Below, one piece after another: positions 56,801-64,000 of a stretch of DNA of 64,000 nucleotides. The notes beneath the pieces are model-generated. The model made no database searches. It saw only the letters and a program-made list of their open reading frames with translations, and was not told the DNA's origin. The first letter of the stretch is position 1, and every line of letters starts with the position of its first letter. The translations under genes and the position numbers were made by a program. Origin of the DNA: a virus (Duplodnaviria > Caudoviricetes); the IMG/VR virus record IMGVR_UViG_2588253903_000005, positions 1-64,000 of that record. One strand, 5' to 3'.

Positions 56801-57766
56801 AATATGCCGCATTTTGCCGGAGGTATTGGTGATTTCTTTAAAGGTGCATGGGCAAAGATATCAGAGTTTACCGGGAATATCTGGGACTACATTTCAAACC
56901 CAGGGAAGATTTTGCAGATTGCATTTGACAAATTCACGGATTTATCCGGGATGCTTGAACCCGTGCTTTCCATAGCTACAGGGGCTGCAAAAACGCTTCT
57001 GGATGGCGCAACAGGTTTTATAAAGAAAATGTTCGACGAAAACCTTACGGTGCAGTATAACCCGTCCCAAGGAGTGGAACAGTGGCGCGGTCTTGCGACA
57101 AAGGCGTTGCAGATTACAAACCAGTTCACAGCACCAAACTTAACCGCCTTGCTAACACAAATGCAGCATGAATCCAGTGGAAATCCAAAGGCAATCAATC
57201 TATGGGATTCTAATGCAAAGAAGGGAACCCCATCCAAAGGACTTATGCAGGTCATTGACCCGACGTTCCGGGCGTATGCATTAGCACCACACAATAAAGA
57301 TATATGGGACCCGCTTTCAAACATGATTGCGGCCATCCGGTACACAGTATCGCATTATGGCAGCTTATATTCCGGATGGACTGCGAGAGGATATAAAGGT
57401 TATGCCTCTGGAATAGGAAAAATAAACCTTGCAGACCTGATACCAAAATACAGGGCAGGCGGGTTCCCGGAAGATGGATTGTTCTATGCAAACCATACAG
57501 AACTTGTTGGAAGATTCAGTAACGGACAGACAGCAGTAGCGAATAACGGGCAGATTACGCAGGGGATTGCAGAAGCAATATACCCAGCGGTATACAATGC
57601 GGTTTCTTCTGCAATGAGAAATAATGGAACATCTGGAAGTGTGGACATATCTCTACAATTAAACCTGGACGGGGATGCAGTTTATAAAAATGTTGTGAAA
57701 CGGACAAGGGAAGGGAGGGATAGGAATATAGGTGGTAGACTTGTTCTTGCGGAAGAGGTTTATTAA
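50816..57766 (+). CDS. Tape measure protein with C-terminal lytic transglycosylase (SLT) domain
   Basis: 2316 aa; Trp-periodic 40-aa repeats; QHESSGNPKAINLWDSNAKKGTPSKGLMQ. Confidence 0.93.
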   Translation: MARMATIDRLDIQIEGSAQKANVAINDLIKNLDRLANSLKIDTSGLEKIGKSLNLSGIDKAAKNMQSQTQKVSKSLSQITEQYKDLGKGFEIKGSTQQIQKQIDSLTNKLANAKLAKDDFEASGKANLGGYETAVKNVIKYTNQIESLKKQLEGLQTAQPKLDFNVAGAESQTKYLVEYKKQLIDFKNDMKSIGDVYGGLQNVPKGGLDTLIQNLKQSIEELKQSYPQATNVISAFEKELQKLQGISSGLTKEPIRANIDTSSIDKVSEKIAELKNRFEKVGSDFKFTGNFEQLNIEIEKVYSKLNELRTKEQEMISAGQVNTSGFEQLQESLARVGNKFGIMQDLRDRTEAFNQSLQQLRVPEIREENLTKLQNSLRKTEADTEKLRTKLSNAITMGRIVPNIDDSGFRKLTEQIALSEKQAEALRQKIQEVGGDTSGTGSIMDRLKSSLSNVSSQSSKTSSATNILSKNIKNLSSTMSGFSKSAGKAVTGLKSFARQALSAMGIYLGVYGAVRGLKSSLESSMNYIEILNYFNAAFGQVAEKADYSKFEEMGYDSAEAYYNSFSERAKELTEKMSGFTMNESGMLESGGMKSLGIDPTKLMNYQAMFGQMSSSMGATSENALRLSTVLTEIGADLASVKNMKFEKVWNDMASGLAGMSRTLDKYGANIRNVNLQQKLNELGISANISALNQNDKALLRTIILLDSTRYAWGDLAKTINQPANQLRLLQSNFSNLGRAIGNIFLPIVAKVLPYINMLVQALTRLAEWLVKLLGFEGFDWGGGGGGNSTPDILGDIYDNAEDASGALDKVSESAKKAKAGLRGFDELKTINMPESNEPDDGAGGAGTGGIDSGLLQGALDSILDEYQAAWDKAFSEMENRANTFADNVAKAFKEKGLYGVGEYFSKSITSALESIPWDSVYEGARMFGSGLASFLNGLISPDLFGALGKTIAGALNTALHFLDSFGETFDFTNFGVSIGAGINSALGGIDWKTALSAAKKWGTGIGNAINGFFRKTDFSTVGSTLANALNTAIQLALSSGKKIDFELIGKKISDGINGFFKTFRADKLAKAINVWMKGALKTVSTLLKKTDFDMIGKKIGKFLAELDLTGALKGLASVVWEAIKGAFNLLSGIFKSAPIEASLLVAFSFLKFTKVGQIFTSNLFSILKGGATQSLNKFASFFNGGLLGVIGTAVAAFAEFSVVSDSIENLTLGTGDFIAEIGKIAGVVGIAWAGMSAILGFPAGTIATAIVGIVGAIKGISDAFKDIKAESAMQSIANALKKPGGTPIEDLTELYSDTIGKIKSGFDDINVKSEELKTTQTNAEKTSKKIDLIKFSIENGSKATKEKTTEIKQAFDSLLSDSKSIFEQEYDVIMTGISGSLQQSLTDAGYSVEQIVGVMDSLKTEHQKEIEEIEKNNEKLKTSFENGKISIQEYAAKMLENYEKLGEITGKTDEYSSAIEKVSEAAKGVDLSGIVNKDNTINTGLLAEQFKGLSTTATEAKQSINDSSAGLTAALNDYAKEAERTKNSEAATAISDMLSAEEANVKSATESVNNQLTEYGNQVQYAVLEKIPSVVDEAVADYENKSPIYKFFNSEESHVQSALEEYQKNVIDPSTEELERLYSEAGIEGATFSSNAGKEIIDAMFDENIVSSGELTYYSKTLKSNYTKVVNNAVDEIKKDAKKKSKQIGKNVDEGTRDGVNENLGLATGAIGGMANQMLRKARETLGVHSPSTKFKEIGGYVVEGMKGGISGKWGEFSEFWAKKHDYIINKFNGIKEKFGTKGKDIISGIRSGISDKWNDFSTFWGEKKSSIIDKFNDIKEKFNTKGGNIISGIRSGISGKWGEFNSYWTERKNSIVEKFKNIKESFQGKGGDIISGLKSGISSNWDGFVGWWAEKIKAMVNGILDGINWVLKKVGSSTQLDPWEPKGFAKGANGLPQDTIGIVNDQKGSTYKELIVPPHGKPFIPEGRNVMLPMKKGTKIMPARQTKDFMEKMNNMPHFAGGIGDFFKGAWAKISEFTGNIWDYISNPGKILQIAFDKFTDLSGMLEPVLSIATGAAKTLLDGATGFIKKMFDENLTVQYNPSQGVEQWRGLATKALQITNQFTAPNLTALLTQMQHESSGNPKAINLWDSNAKKGTPSKGLMQVIDPTFRAYALAPHNKDIWDPLSNMIAAIRYTVSHYGSLYSGWTARGYKGYASGIGKINLADLIPKYRAGGFPEDGLFYANHTELVGRFSNGQTAVANNGQITQGIAEAIYPAVYNAVSSAMRNNGTSGSVDISLQLNLDGDAVYKNVVKRTREGRDRNIGGRLVLAEEVY

Positions 57767-57842
57767 ATACAGAAGAAAACAAGATTGACATTTCATGTAG
57801 ATTGTGGTAGATTGAATAAAATTTGATACGCTATTACAAACT

Positions 57843-57908
57843 GATGGAATTGTAGAGGGAAACTTGGAACCCGGAGAGTCTGGACGCTATGCCAGATTTC
57901 TTCGGGTT
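57843..57908 (+). ncRNA. Structured leader element, copy 2
   Basis: Homolog of 18316-18377; promoter TTGACA at 57785. Confidence 0.65.
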
Positions 57909-57981
57909 TGTTTATTTTCGGGAAAATACCAAAGATAAACACTGTGAAGTTGCGGGAAAACCAAATATCGGAGGTATCATT

Positions 57982-58680
57982 ATGAAACTAAGACTTGTGA
58001 AGCAGGGAGATTTCTTAGGAACAAAGTGTGATTTTTATGTGGATGAGGATAACAACATCTACATGAGCAGGACACAGATAGGGTATGCGCTGGAATATAA
58101 AGACCCGTCTAATGCGGTCAAGAATATTCACAACAAATATCAAGAAAGATTTGACAGATTTTCAGTTGAAGTATCGGGTGCTCAGTTTGTACCCCCGATA
58201 AACAAGAATAAAAATTCCCCTAAGATTTATATGTATGCGGAAAAGGGAATTTATGAGGTTTGCCGGAGGTCAAGACAGACGGTTGCGGACAAATTCTATG
58301 ACTGGGCATATGATACCATTTCAGAAATTAAGAAGAATGGATTTTATATCGCCAACGGTAAAGATGAAAAATGGATAGGAATAAGGCGGGAAACAAAGCA
58401 AGTCCGAAAGAACGAAACGGACATGATACAGAAATTTGTAGACTATGCCATATCGCAAGGAAGCCAAAACGCAAAAAGATACTACACGCATTTGACAAAC
58501 CTTGCAAATAAGCGTTGCGGCATTAAGACGGGCGAGCGTGACAAGGCAGACCAGAAAACATTGCTTCGGCTGAAATCCTTGGAAACGCTGATTGATATGA
58601 GGTTAGAAACACTTATGAATAACAATATCCCATATAAAGAGGTGTTTTCTGATGTTAAGGACATGATTGAGGGGATTTAA
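57982..58680 (+). CDS. BRO-family antirepressor-like protein
   Basis: IYMSRTQIGYALEY...YAEKGIYEVCRRSRQ...FYDW. Confidence 0.8.
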   Translation: MKLRLVKQGDFLGTKCDFYVDEDNNIYMSRTQIGYALEYKDPSNAVKNIHNKYQERFDRFSVEVSGAQFVPPINKNKNSPKIYMYAEKGIYEVCRRSRQTVADKFYDWAYDTISEIKKNGFYIANGKDEKWIGIRRETKQVRKNETDMIQKFVDYAISQGSQNAKRYYTHLTNLANKRCGIKTGERDKADQKTLLRLKSLETLIDMRLETLMNNNIPYKEVFSDVKDMIEGI

Positions 58681-58896
58681 TAGACAGGAGGATTCTTTCC
58701 ATACCTTTAATGAAAATTGGTGTATGGAATTTAGTTTATTATAAAGAAAAATACAGAAGAGCTGGCATACCTAACTATGAAGAAAAGCTTGTTAATGTTG
58801 GTTACATCTGGGGATAGGCTGACGAGCCGAAAAGTACAAGCCTTAGTACCTGCCCCGGTTTGACATAAGGCAGTTTGCGGAAAGGCGGTAAAGAGC

Positions 58897-59658
58897 ATGA
58901 ATGAGATAATCAAAATCAACAACCACGATGTAGAAGTAAAAGAGTACAAGGGTCAAAGAGTGGTAACATTCAAAGATATTGATACAGTACATGAAAGACC
59001 GGCTGGGACGGCAAAGAGGAATTTCAACGACAACAAGAAGCACTTTATTGAGGGCGAGGACTTCTTTGCAATTCCCTATTCGGAGTTCTGTACGGAATTC
59101 GTACCCAACCCACCAAAGGGCGGAAATCCGAACGTTCCAGTAAATTTAATGACGGAGCAAGGCTACCTCATGTTGGTAAAATCCCTTACAGATGATTTGG
59201 CGTGGAAGGTGCAGAGGGAGCTTGTCAATGGGTATTTTAGGGCTAAAAAGGCAAAATCAGCCATAGAGGAATTACAGGAGCTTCAAAGCAGGGCAATACT
59301 TGAAGTAAATGAAAAAGTAGGAGAAGTAGAGAACAGGATAACCAGGCTTGAAAACAACATGACAATAACCCATGAGCAGATACAGATAATCAAGAATCGG
59401 GTAAACGCAAGAATTGTAAATGATGTTCTTGGCGGTTACGAGAGTAACGCATACAACGATGTTCATTTGAGAAGCAAGGTTTACAGCCGGTTCAACAAAG
59501 ATTATTGCGATTACTTCCGCATCAATGCAAGGACAAACACATTAGCTTCAAAATTTGATGAAGCTCTGCGATATATTGATATGTGGGAGCCTGACACGAA
59601 TATGAAGTTGATGATACAGAACGCAAATGCACAAATGAAAATAGAGGATATAGCATAG
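58897..59658 (+). CDS. ORF6N/ORF6C antirepressor-like protein
   Basis: KEYKGQRVVTFKDIDTVH...TEQGYLMLVKSLTDDLAWKVQRELV; FDEALRYI..W. Confidence 0.85.
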   Translation: MNEIIKINNHDVEVKEYKGQRVVTFKDIDTVHERPAGTAKRNFNDNKKHFIEGEDFFAIPYSEFCTEFVPNPPKGGNPNVPVNLMTEQGYLMLVKSLTDDLAWKVQRELVNGYFRAKKAKSAIEELQELQSRAILEVNEKVGEVENRITRLENNMTITHEQIQIIKNRVNARIVNDVLGGYESNAYNDVHLRSKVYSRFNKDYCDYFRINARTNTLASKFDEALRYIDMWEPDTNMKLMIQNANAQMKIEDIA

Positions 59659-59693
59659 GACGGAAACAACCGTCCTATTGTTTTGCAAAAATC

Positions 59694-59746
59694 TTTAATT
59701 TTCCTCTTGACTTTTTGTCGAAACTTATCTTATTTTGTGGTATAAT
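59694..59746 (+). promoter_or_regulatory. Moron promoter, copy 1
   Basis: TTTGTCGAAACTTATC box plus extended -10 TGnTATAAT; repeated at 60185-60235. Confidence 0.6.
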
Positions 59747-59798
59747 ATGGTATTATGCGAAAGGTATTATGAAAAGGATTCTAATTTTAGAAAGGAAG

Positions 59799-60122
59799 AT
59801 GAATGTGGATAATTTCAAAATCATGTACAAAATTCTCCGAGAGTTAGAGAAAAACATGGGGAACGAAAGATTTAACATAGAAACCGTATCGGCAGAAAAG
59901 CTGAAAATATCCTTCGAGAAATGGGAACAGCTTTTAATTCTCATGCAGGACGAGGGGTATATCAAAGGCTTGGTTCTGTCAAAAGACCTTGGGCAGATGT
60001 ATAGGCACATTGCAGAGCCGATAAAGCCGCAGATTACCATTAGAGGGCTTGAATACCTTGCAGGGAACAGTTTTATGGGGAAAGCAAAGGAAGCGTTGAA
60101 GATGGCGGGAGAGATAATTTAG
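59799..60122 (+). CDS. YjcQ-family winged-helix protein
   Basis: DNFKIMYKILRELE...LMQDEGYIKG...PQITIRGLEYL. Confidence 0.8.
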   Translation: MNVDNFKIMYKILRELEKNMGNERFNIETVSAEKLKISFEKWEQLLILMQDEGYIKGLVLSKDLGQMYRHIAEPIKPQITIRGLEYLAGNSFMGKAKEALKMAGEII

Positions 60123-60184
60123 TAAAAACAAAGGCAGTTGGTCAACTTGGCGTTGCCCAATGTGGGTATCGCCTTTTAAAATAT

Positions 60185-60235
60185 TTTAATTTCCTCTTAA
60201 CTTTTGTCGAAACTTATCCCATTTTATGTTATAAT
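60185..60235 (+). promoter_or_regulatory. Moron promoter, copy 2
   Basis: Near-duplicate of 59694-59746. Confidence 0.6.
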
Positions 60236-60267
60236 TTACCAAAACACAAATGAAGGGAGAAATACTT

Positions 60268-61146
60268 ATGAGCAGGAGAGAAGGGAAAATATCAATAATT
60301 GTGGCTGTGATAGGTTTAATTGGAGTTATAGGGGCAGCAATCATCGGTGCAAAGTGGGGTAAGGAGAATGTAACAGTAATAGTTCAGTTGGACGGAAAGA
60401 ATGTGGTTCTTAATAATGAGGATGTTAAGAAAATGGCGAAAGAAAATGAGCAGTTAAATAATGAAATTTCTGAATATAAAGAAGAAATAGAAAAATTACA
60501 GGGTCAGGGCAAGGAATTAGCAACAAAATTAGGGGCTGCAAATGGAGAACTCAACGATGTTCCGTCCATTGAATATAGAAACTTTGGGCTTTCCATAGAT
60601 GGGAAAGAAATGGCTGTAAATAAAGACAAATCAGCTGTTTTGATAAATGGCAGGAAATATTATTCAAAAGATTTTGTTGATAATTTGCTGCCATCCGATA
60701 AAGCAGCGGTAGAAAAGGATGATATGCTTTATGTCGGAAAGGTGGTAAAAGAGAAATCTAATTTATTTGACAGGCAATTAATAGGAAAATCGAATGATGG
60801 TTCACAAGTAAGTATAGAAACAAATGTTAAAGATACATATGGGAATATGCATGATAAAGCAGTTGTGTTTTCTTTGTACAATAACAGCATAACGTTTAAT
60901 GCAAATAAAGAATATTCTAAATTTAAATGCATATTAAATGTTTTAGATGGGAACCCAGGAGGCGGGATTATTCAAATAGAATCGGAACAAGGAATTCTAT
61001 ATACATCAGAAGAAGTTTTAAGCACAACAGAACCAGTTTTAGTCGATATACCAATAAACTATGCTTCTTCCATAACAATAATGAAAATAGGAAATGAAAA
61101 TACGAAGAATATGGTAACAGATGCAGTTCTTTACAATGAAGAATAG
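60268..61146 (+). CDS. Membrane-anchored exported protein
   Basis: N-terminal TM, coiled coil, beta-rich C-terminal domains. Confidence 0.75.
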   Translation: MSRREGKISIIVAVIGLIGVIGAAIIGAKWGKENVTVIVQLDGKNVVLNNEDVKKMAKENEQLNNEISEYKEEIEKLQGQGKELATKLGAANGELNDVPSIEYRNFGLSIDGKEMAVNKDKSAVLINGRKYYSKDFVDNLLPSDKAAVEKDDMLYVGKVVKEKSNLFDRQLIGKSNDGSQVSIETNVKDTYGNMHDKAVVFSLYNNSITFNANKEYSKFKCILNVLDGNPGGGIIQIESEQGILYTSEEVLSTTEPVLVDIPINYASSITIMKIGNENTKNMVTDAVLYNEE

Positions 61147-61209
61147 TGGATAAGAAAATTTTTTATCAATGATTGGATTCTGCAACATTTTATTAAAAGG
61201 AGAAAACTT

Positions 61210-62013
61210 ATGGAGAAACAAACGAAAACCAAGAAACTTTTAACCCTTGCCGCAATCATTCTGTCTTTGCTGGTATTATTCCCAACCAGCGTGAATGCCG
61301 CAGGAAAAACCAAGCTGAACGCCATAAAGAAAACAGTCAATGTGGGTGATTCCTGCACTGTGAAGCTACTGAACAACAAAAAGAAAGTGAAATGGTCTGT
61401 ATCGAACAAAAACATCAAGATTGTGAGCAAAAGCAACAAGCAAGTAAAAATTAAGGGCATTAAGAAAGGAACGTCATACCTGAAAGCGAAGGTTGGGAGC
61501 AAGACTTATAAGTGCAAGGTGACGGTGAAGGAGAAAAGTAAAGGGAATGGAACCAAAAAGAATCCGTATTCTGCGTATGATACATATACAACAGATATAT
61601 TTGGAGCAAGGTATTACGGTCAAGCAAAAGTCAAGCTGATTGATTATAAAGATGGAAAAGAAGCGTTAAATTATCTTAAGAAAAATGGGCTAAAGAAAAA
61701 TCCAGGGAAATCAAAAGAATATGTATATTTAAAATTTAAAATTGATTATTTTTATGGTCGGGAAGAAATACCAGCACTTTTAACGATAGGTAGATTTTAC
61801 ACGTCAAATTCCACAAAGGAAATACCTTGGAATGAAATAAAGTGCAATGATGGAATTAAAGACTTTTACACAGAAAGTATGTTGCCGGGAAATAGTGTGA
61901 CATGCAAAATTATATTTTTAATAAATTCAAAAGAAAAGCCAGTAACTTATAAAATTGATGGTTATGACGATGACTGGAACCCAACCGAAACATGGTTTAC
62001 AACGAAGAAATAG
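61210..62013 (+). CDS. Secreted Ig-like (Big_2) domain protein
   Basis: Signal peptide ending VNA; KVKWSVSNKNI...KGTSYLKAKVG...KCKVTV. Confidence 0.8.
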   Translation: MEKQTKTKKLLTLAAIILSLLVLFPTSVNAAGKTKLNAIKKTVNVGDSCTVKLLNNKKKVKWSVSNKNIKIVSKSNKQVKIKGIKKGTSYLKAKVGSKTYKCKVTVKEKSKGNGTKKNPYSAYDTYTTDIFGARYYGQAKVKLIDYKDGKEALNYLKKNGLKKNPGKSKEYVYLKFKIDYFYGREEIPALLTIGRFYTSNSTKEIPWNEIKCNDGIKDFYTESMLPGNSVTCKIIFLINSKEKPVTYKIDGYDDDWNPTETWFTTKK

Positions 62014-62036
62014 TAGAGATAAAGGGGAAAATTCAA

Positions 62037-62825
62037 ATGAAAAAATATAAAAATGTAATTATGATTTCTATACTTTTAGCATTGCATATTTCTTTAAATG
62101 TAAAAGCAGAATGCATTCATGAATGGACGGAATGGAAAACACTTATAGAGCCTACTTGTTCCGAAGAAGGGTACCAAACAAGAGAATGTTTGAAGTGCTA
62201 TGAAAGCGATAGTAGATACATACCAGAAACTGGTATTCATACATGGACAGAATGGAAGGCAGATGATGTTTTATGCGCTGATGGAAAATACACGAGGGAA
62301 TGTAAAGAATGTTATAAAACGGAAACAAAATTTAGGAAAGGTAATGGAAACCATAGATATTCTAAATGGTATGTAATTACAGAAGCAAATTGCACAAATA
62401 ATGGAAAAAAAGAAAGAGAGTGCCTGGATTGCTTTTATTATGAATATGAAATTATTCCATCAAATTCTTCCCTGCATGAATGGTCGAGTTGGAGTTCTAT
62501 AGTTTATGCAACAGCATTAAAAACTGGAAAATCAGAACGGGAATGTTATGTATGTCACACAGTTGAAGTGAAAAAAACAAAAAAACTTAAAGCTAAAATA
62601 ACCCTTTCTTTAAAAAAGAAAATTTTGAAAGTTGGAAAGTCCTTCACGCTTGGGTTAAAGAGATATACATATGGAGATAAAATTTCTAAGTTTTTGTCTA
62701 GCAATAAAAAAGTTGCTACAGTAAATAAAAAAGGAAGGGTTACTGCAAAAAAGAAAGGGAAAGCAAAGATAACAGTTAGGATGAAAAGCGGATGTAAAGC
62801 AACGTGCAATGTAACAGTAAAATAG
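62037..62825 (+). CDS. Secreted protein with Cys/His repeats and C-terminal Big_2 domain
   Basis: HxWxEW...CxxxG...RxCxxC repeats; SSNKKVATVNKKGRVTAKKKG. Confidence 0.8.
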   Translation: MKKYKNVIMISILLALHISLNVKAECIHEWTEWKTLIEPTCSEEGYQTRECLKCYESDSRYIPETGIHTWTEWKADDVLCADGKYTRECKECYKTETKFRKGNGNHRYSKWYVITEANCTNNGKKERECLDCFYYEYEIIPSNSSLHEWSSWSSIVYATALKTGKSERECYVCHTVEVKKTKKLKAKITLSLKKKILKVGKSFTLGLKRYTYGDKISKFLSSNKKVATVNKKGRVTAKKKGKAKITVRMKSGCKATCNVTVK

Positions 62826-62950
62826 GTTTGAGGATTTAGAGCCTAAAGGCTCTATTTCTTTTTATCTTTTAATTTTGTTAGTTGAAATTAAATGAAATAT
62901 ATCTTCTTTGATGGTATAATATAGCATTATACGAAAGGGGATAAGGTGCT

Positions 62951-64000
62951 ATGGGGAAACTATCTGATTGGATAAAGAAAAACATATTAAATGAAAATCA
63001 AGCTGAAAATATAGAAAGAAATGAATATAATGCAGTTGATGAAAAGAAAAGCGAAGAAAATATTTCTGAAATAAAGGAAGAAAAACCAAAAGAGAAAATT
63101 TATATTAGCCACATGGATGCCTATTTTTGGGAGGCAGGGGAATTTGTCATTGAAAAGAATAAAGGTTCTATAGGTTTAATTCAGATGAATTTTAAAATAG
63201 GATTTAATCGCGCTTCAAAAATAATGGATGAATTATGTGAAGCTGGGGTTGTTGGAGAAGAAAATGGAATAGAACCGAGAAAAGTTTTAATGAGCAAAGA
63301 AGAATTTGAAGAATTACATAATAACGATATAGATATGATAGAGATAGGAAAAAAAGTAGACTTTGAAAAGTCAAACAGAATAGACATGTATAACAACAAA
63401 ATCGACTACATGACAGGGGAAGATTTTGAATTATATGTTGCTCAACTATTAGGGAATATAGGGTTTTACAACATACATACCACAAAAGGAAGCGGCGACC
63501 AAGGCGTTGATATTCTTGCAGAAAAAGAGGGAATGAAATATGCTTTTCAGTGCAAAAGATATGATAAACCAGTTGGTAATAATGCTGTACAGGAGGTTTT
63601 TGCAGGAAAATTCTTTTATCACTGTCATGTGGCGATAGTTGTGACAAATAACTATTTTACAAAATCAGCTAAAGATTTAGCAAATGAAAACGGGGTTGTT
63701 CTGTGGGATAGGAATTATTTGCAAAAATTTATCGGCACAACAAATGGAGTTGCCATAGAAAAATCTCCAAATTCTATCATAGAAAAATATTATTATATAA
63801 ATGGAGACTTTACAACTTTTTCTTTGAAAAAAGAAAATAAAATTGAAATTTTAGCAATTTGTAAGAATAATATAAATGCGGCCAATTTGTATCTTTCCTA
63901 TTCTGTTAAATTGAAGGAAGAATGGATTGGAAAAGTAGATTTTGCGGTTGCTGTTAATTTTGGAAATGCAGTAGCAATCTGCACAAATGAAAATGGGGAA
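62951..64000 (+). CDS. FtsK-gamma domain fused to an Mrr-like restriction endonuclease (3' partial; absent from ORF track)
   Basis: SIGLIQMNFKIGFNRASKIMDELCEAGVVG; MTGEDFE...GDQGVDILA...QCKRY...AVQEV; open to the window end. Confidence 0.85.
   Translation, partial: MGKLSDWIKKNILNENQAENIERNEYNAVDEKKSEENISEIKEEKPKEKIYISHMDAYFWEAGEFVIEKNKGSIGLIQMNFKIGFNRASKIMDELCEAGVVGEENGIEPRKVLMSKEEFEELHNNDIDMIEIGKKVDFEKSNRIDMYNNKIDYMTGEDFELYVAQLLGNIGFYNIHTTKGSGDQGVDILAEKEGMKYAFQCKRYDKPVGNNAVQEVFAGKFFYHCHVAIVVTNNYFTKSAKDLANENGVVLWDRNYLQKFIGTTNGVAIEKSPNSIIEKYYYINGDFTTFSLKKENKIEILAICKNNINAANLYLSYSVKLKEEWIGKVDFAVAVNFGNAVAICTNENGE

Larger units (their letters stand above)
4191..64000 (+). mobile_element. Large siphovirus-like prophage, continuing beyond the window
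   Basis: Terminase, portal, capsid, tail tube, chaperones, tape measure, holin, endolysin, replication genes and tRNAs; no host housekeeping genes. Confidence 0.95.

Noticed and set aside
180-63647. Numerous antisense or overlapping ORFs in the track (e.g. 1017-1679, 41626-42075, 53506-54936, 63204-63647)
   Set aside because: Shadows of well-supported genes on the other strand; no RBS or motifs

Overview
Low-GC, Firmicutes-type DNA (probably Lachnospiraceae/Clostridia, by inference) containing two tandem mobile elements. Bases 1-~4190 are the right end of an integrative element: HTH genes, a frameshifted replisome organizer, a DnaC-like loader, and Tn916-type xis/int. It ends in a 12-codon 5' fragment (MIKILFVCHGNI) of an LMW protein-tyrosine-phosphatase gene, which marks the shared att site. 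From ~4191 past the window end lies a large siphovirus-like prophage with accessory, early/regulatory, tRNA/ncRNA, replication (initiator, ThyX, RtcB), packaging, head, lysis and tail modules, then a moron island after the tape-measure gene. The most striking content is non-coding RNA. (i) A coiled-coil protein gene is followed by a ~390-nt end-paired ncRNA holding a circularly permuted tRNA (acceptor closed by UUCG), a separate Ser(UGA) anticodon-arm mimic and 12 NAAAGNN heptamers. (ii) A leftward operon of small ORFs is punctuated by a pistol ribozyme, a twister ribozyme and T-loop hairpins; the two cleavage sites bracket a 600-nt RNA whose ends are RtcB substrates, and the phage encodes RtcB. 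(iii) A promoter-proximal leader occurs twice with a covarying stem. (iv) A tRNA-like RNA carries a ~130-nt insert. A Gln/Asn/Gly/Cys-rich low-complexity gene module is also present. All calls were made by eye; no database searches or folding programs were run.
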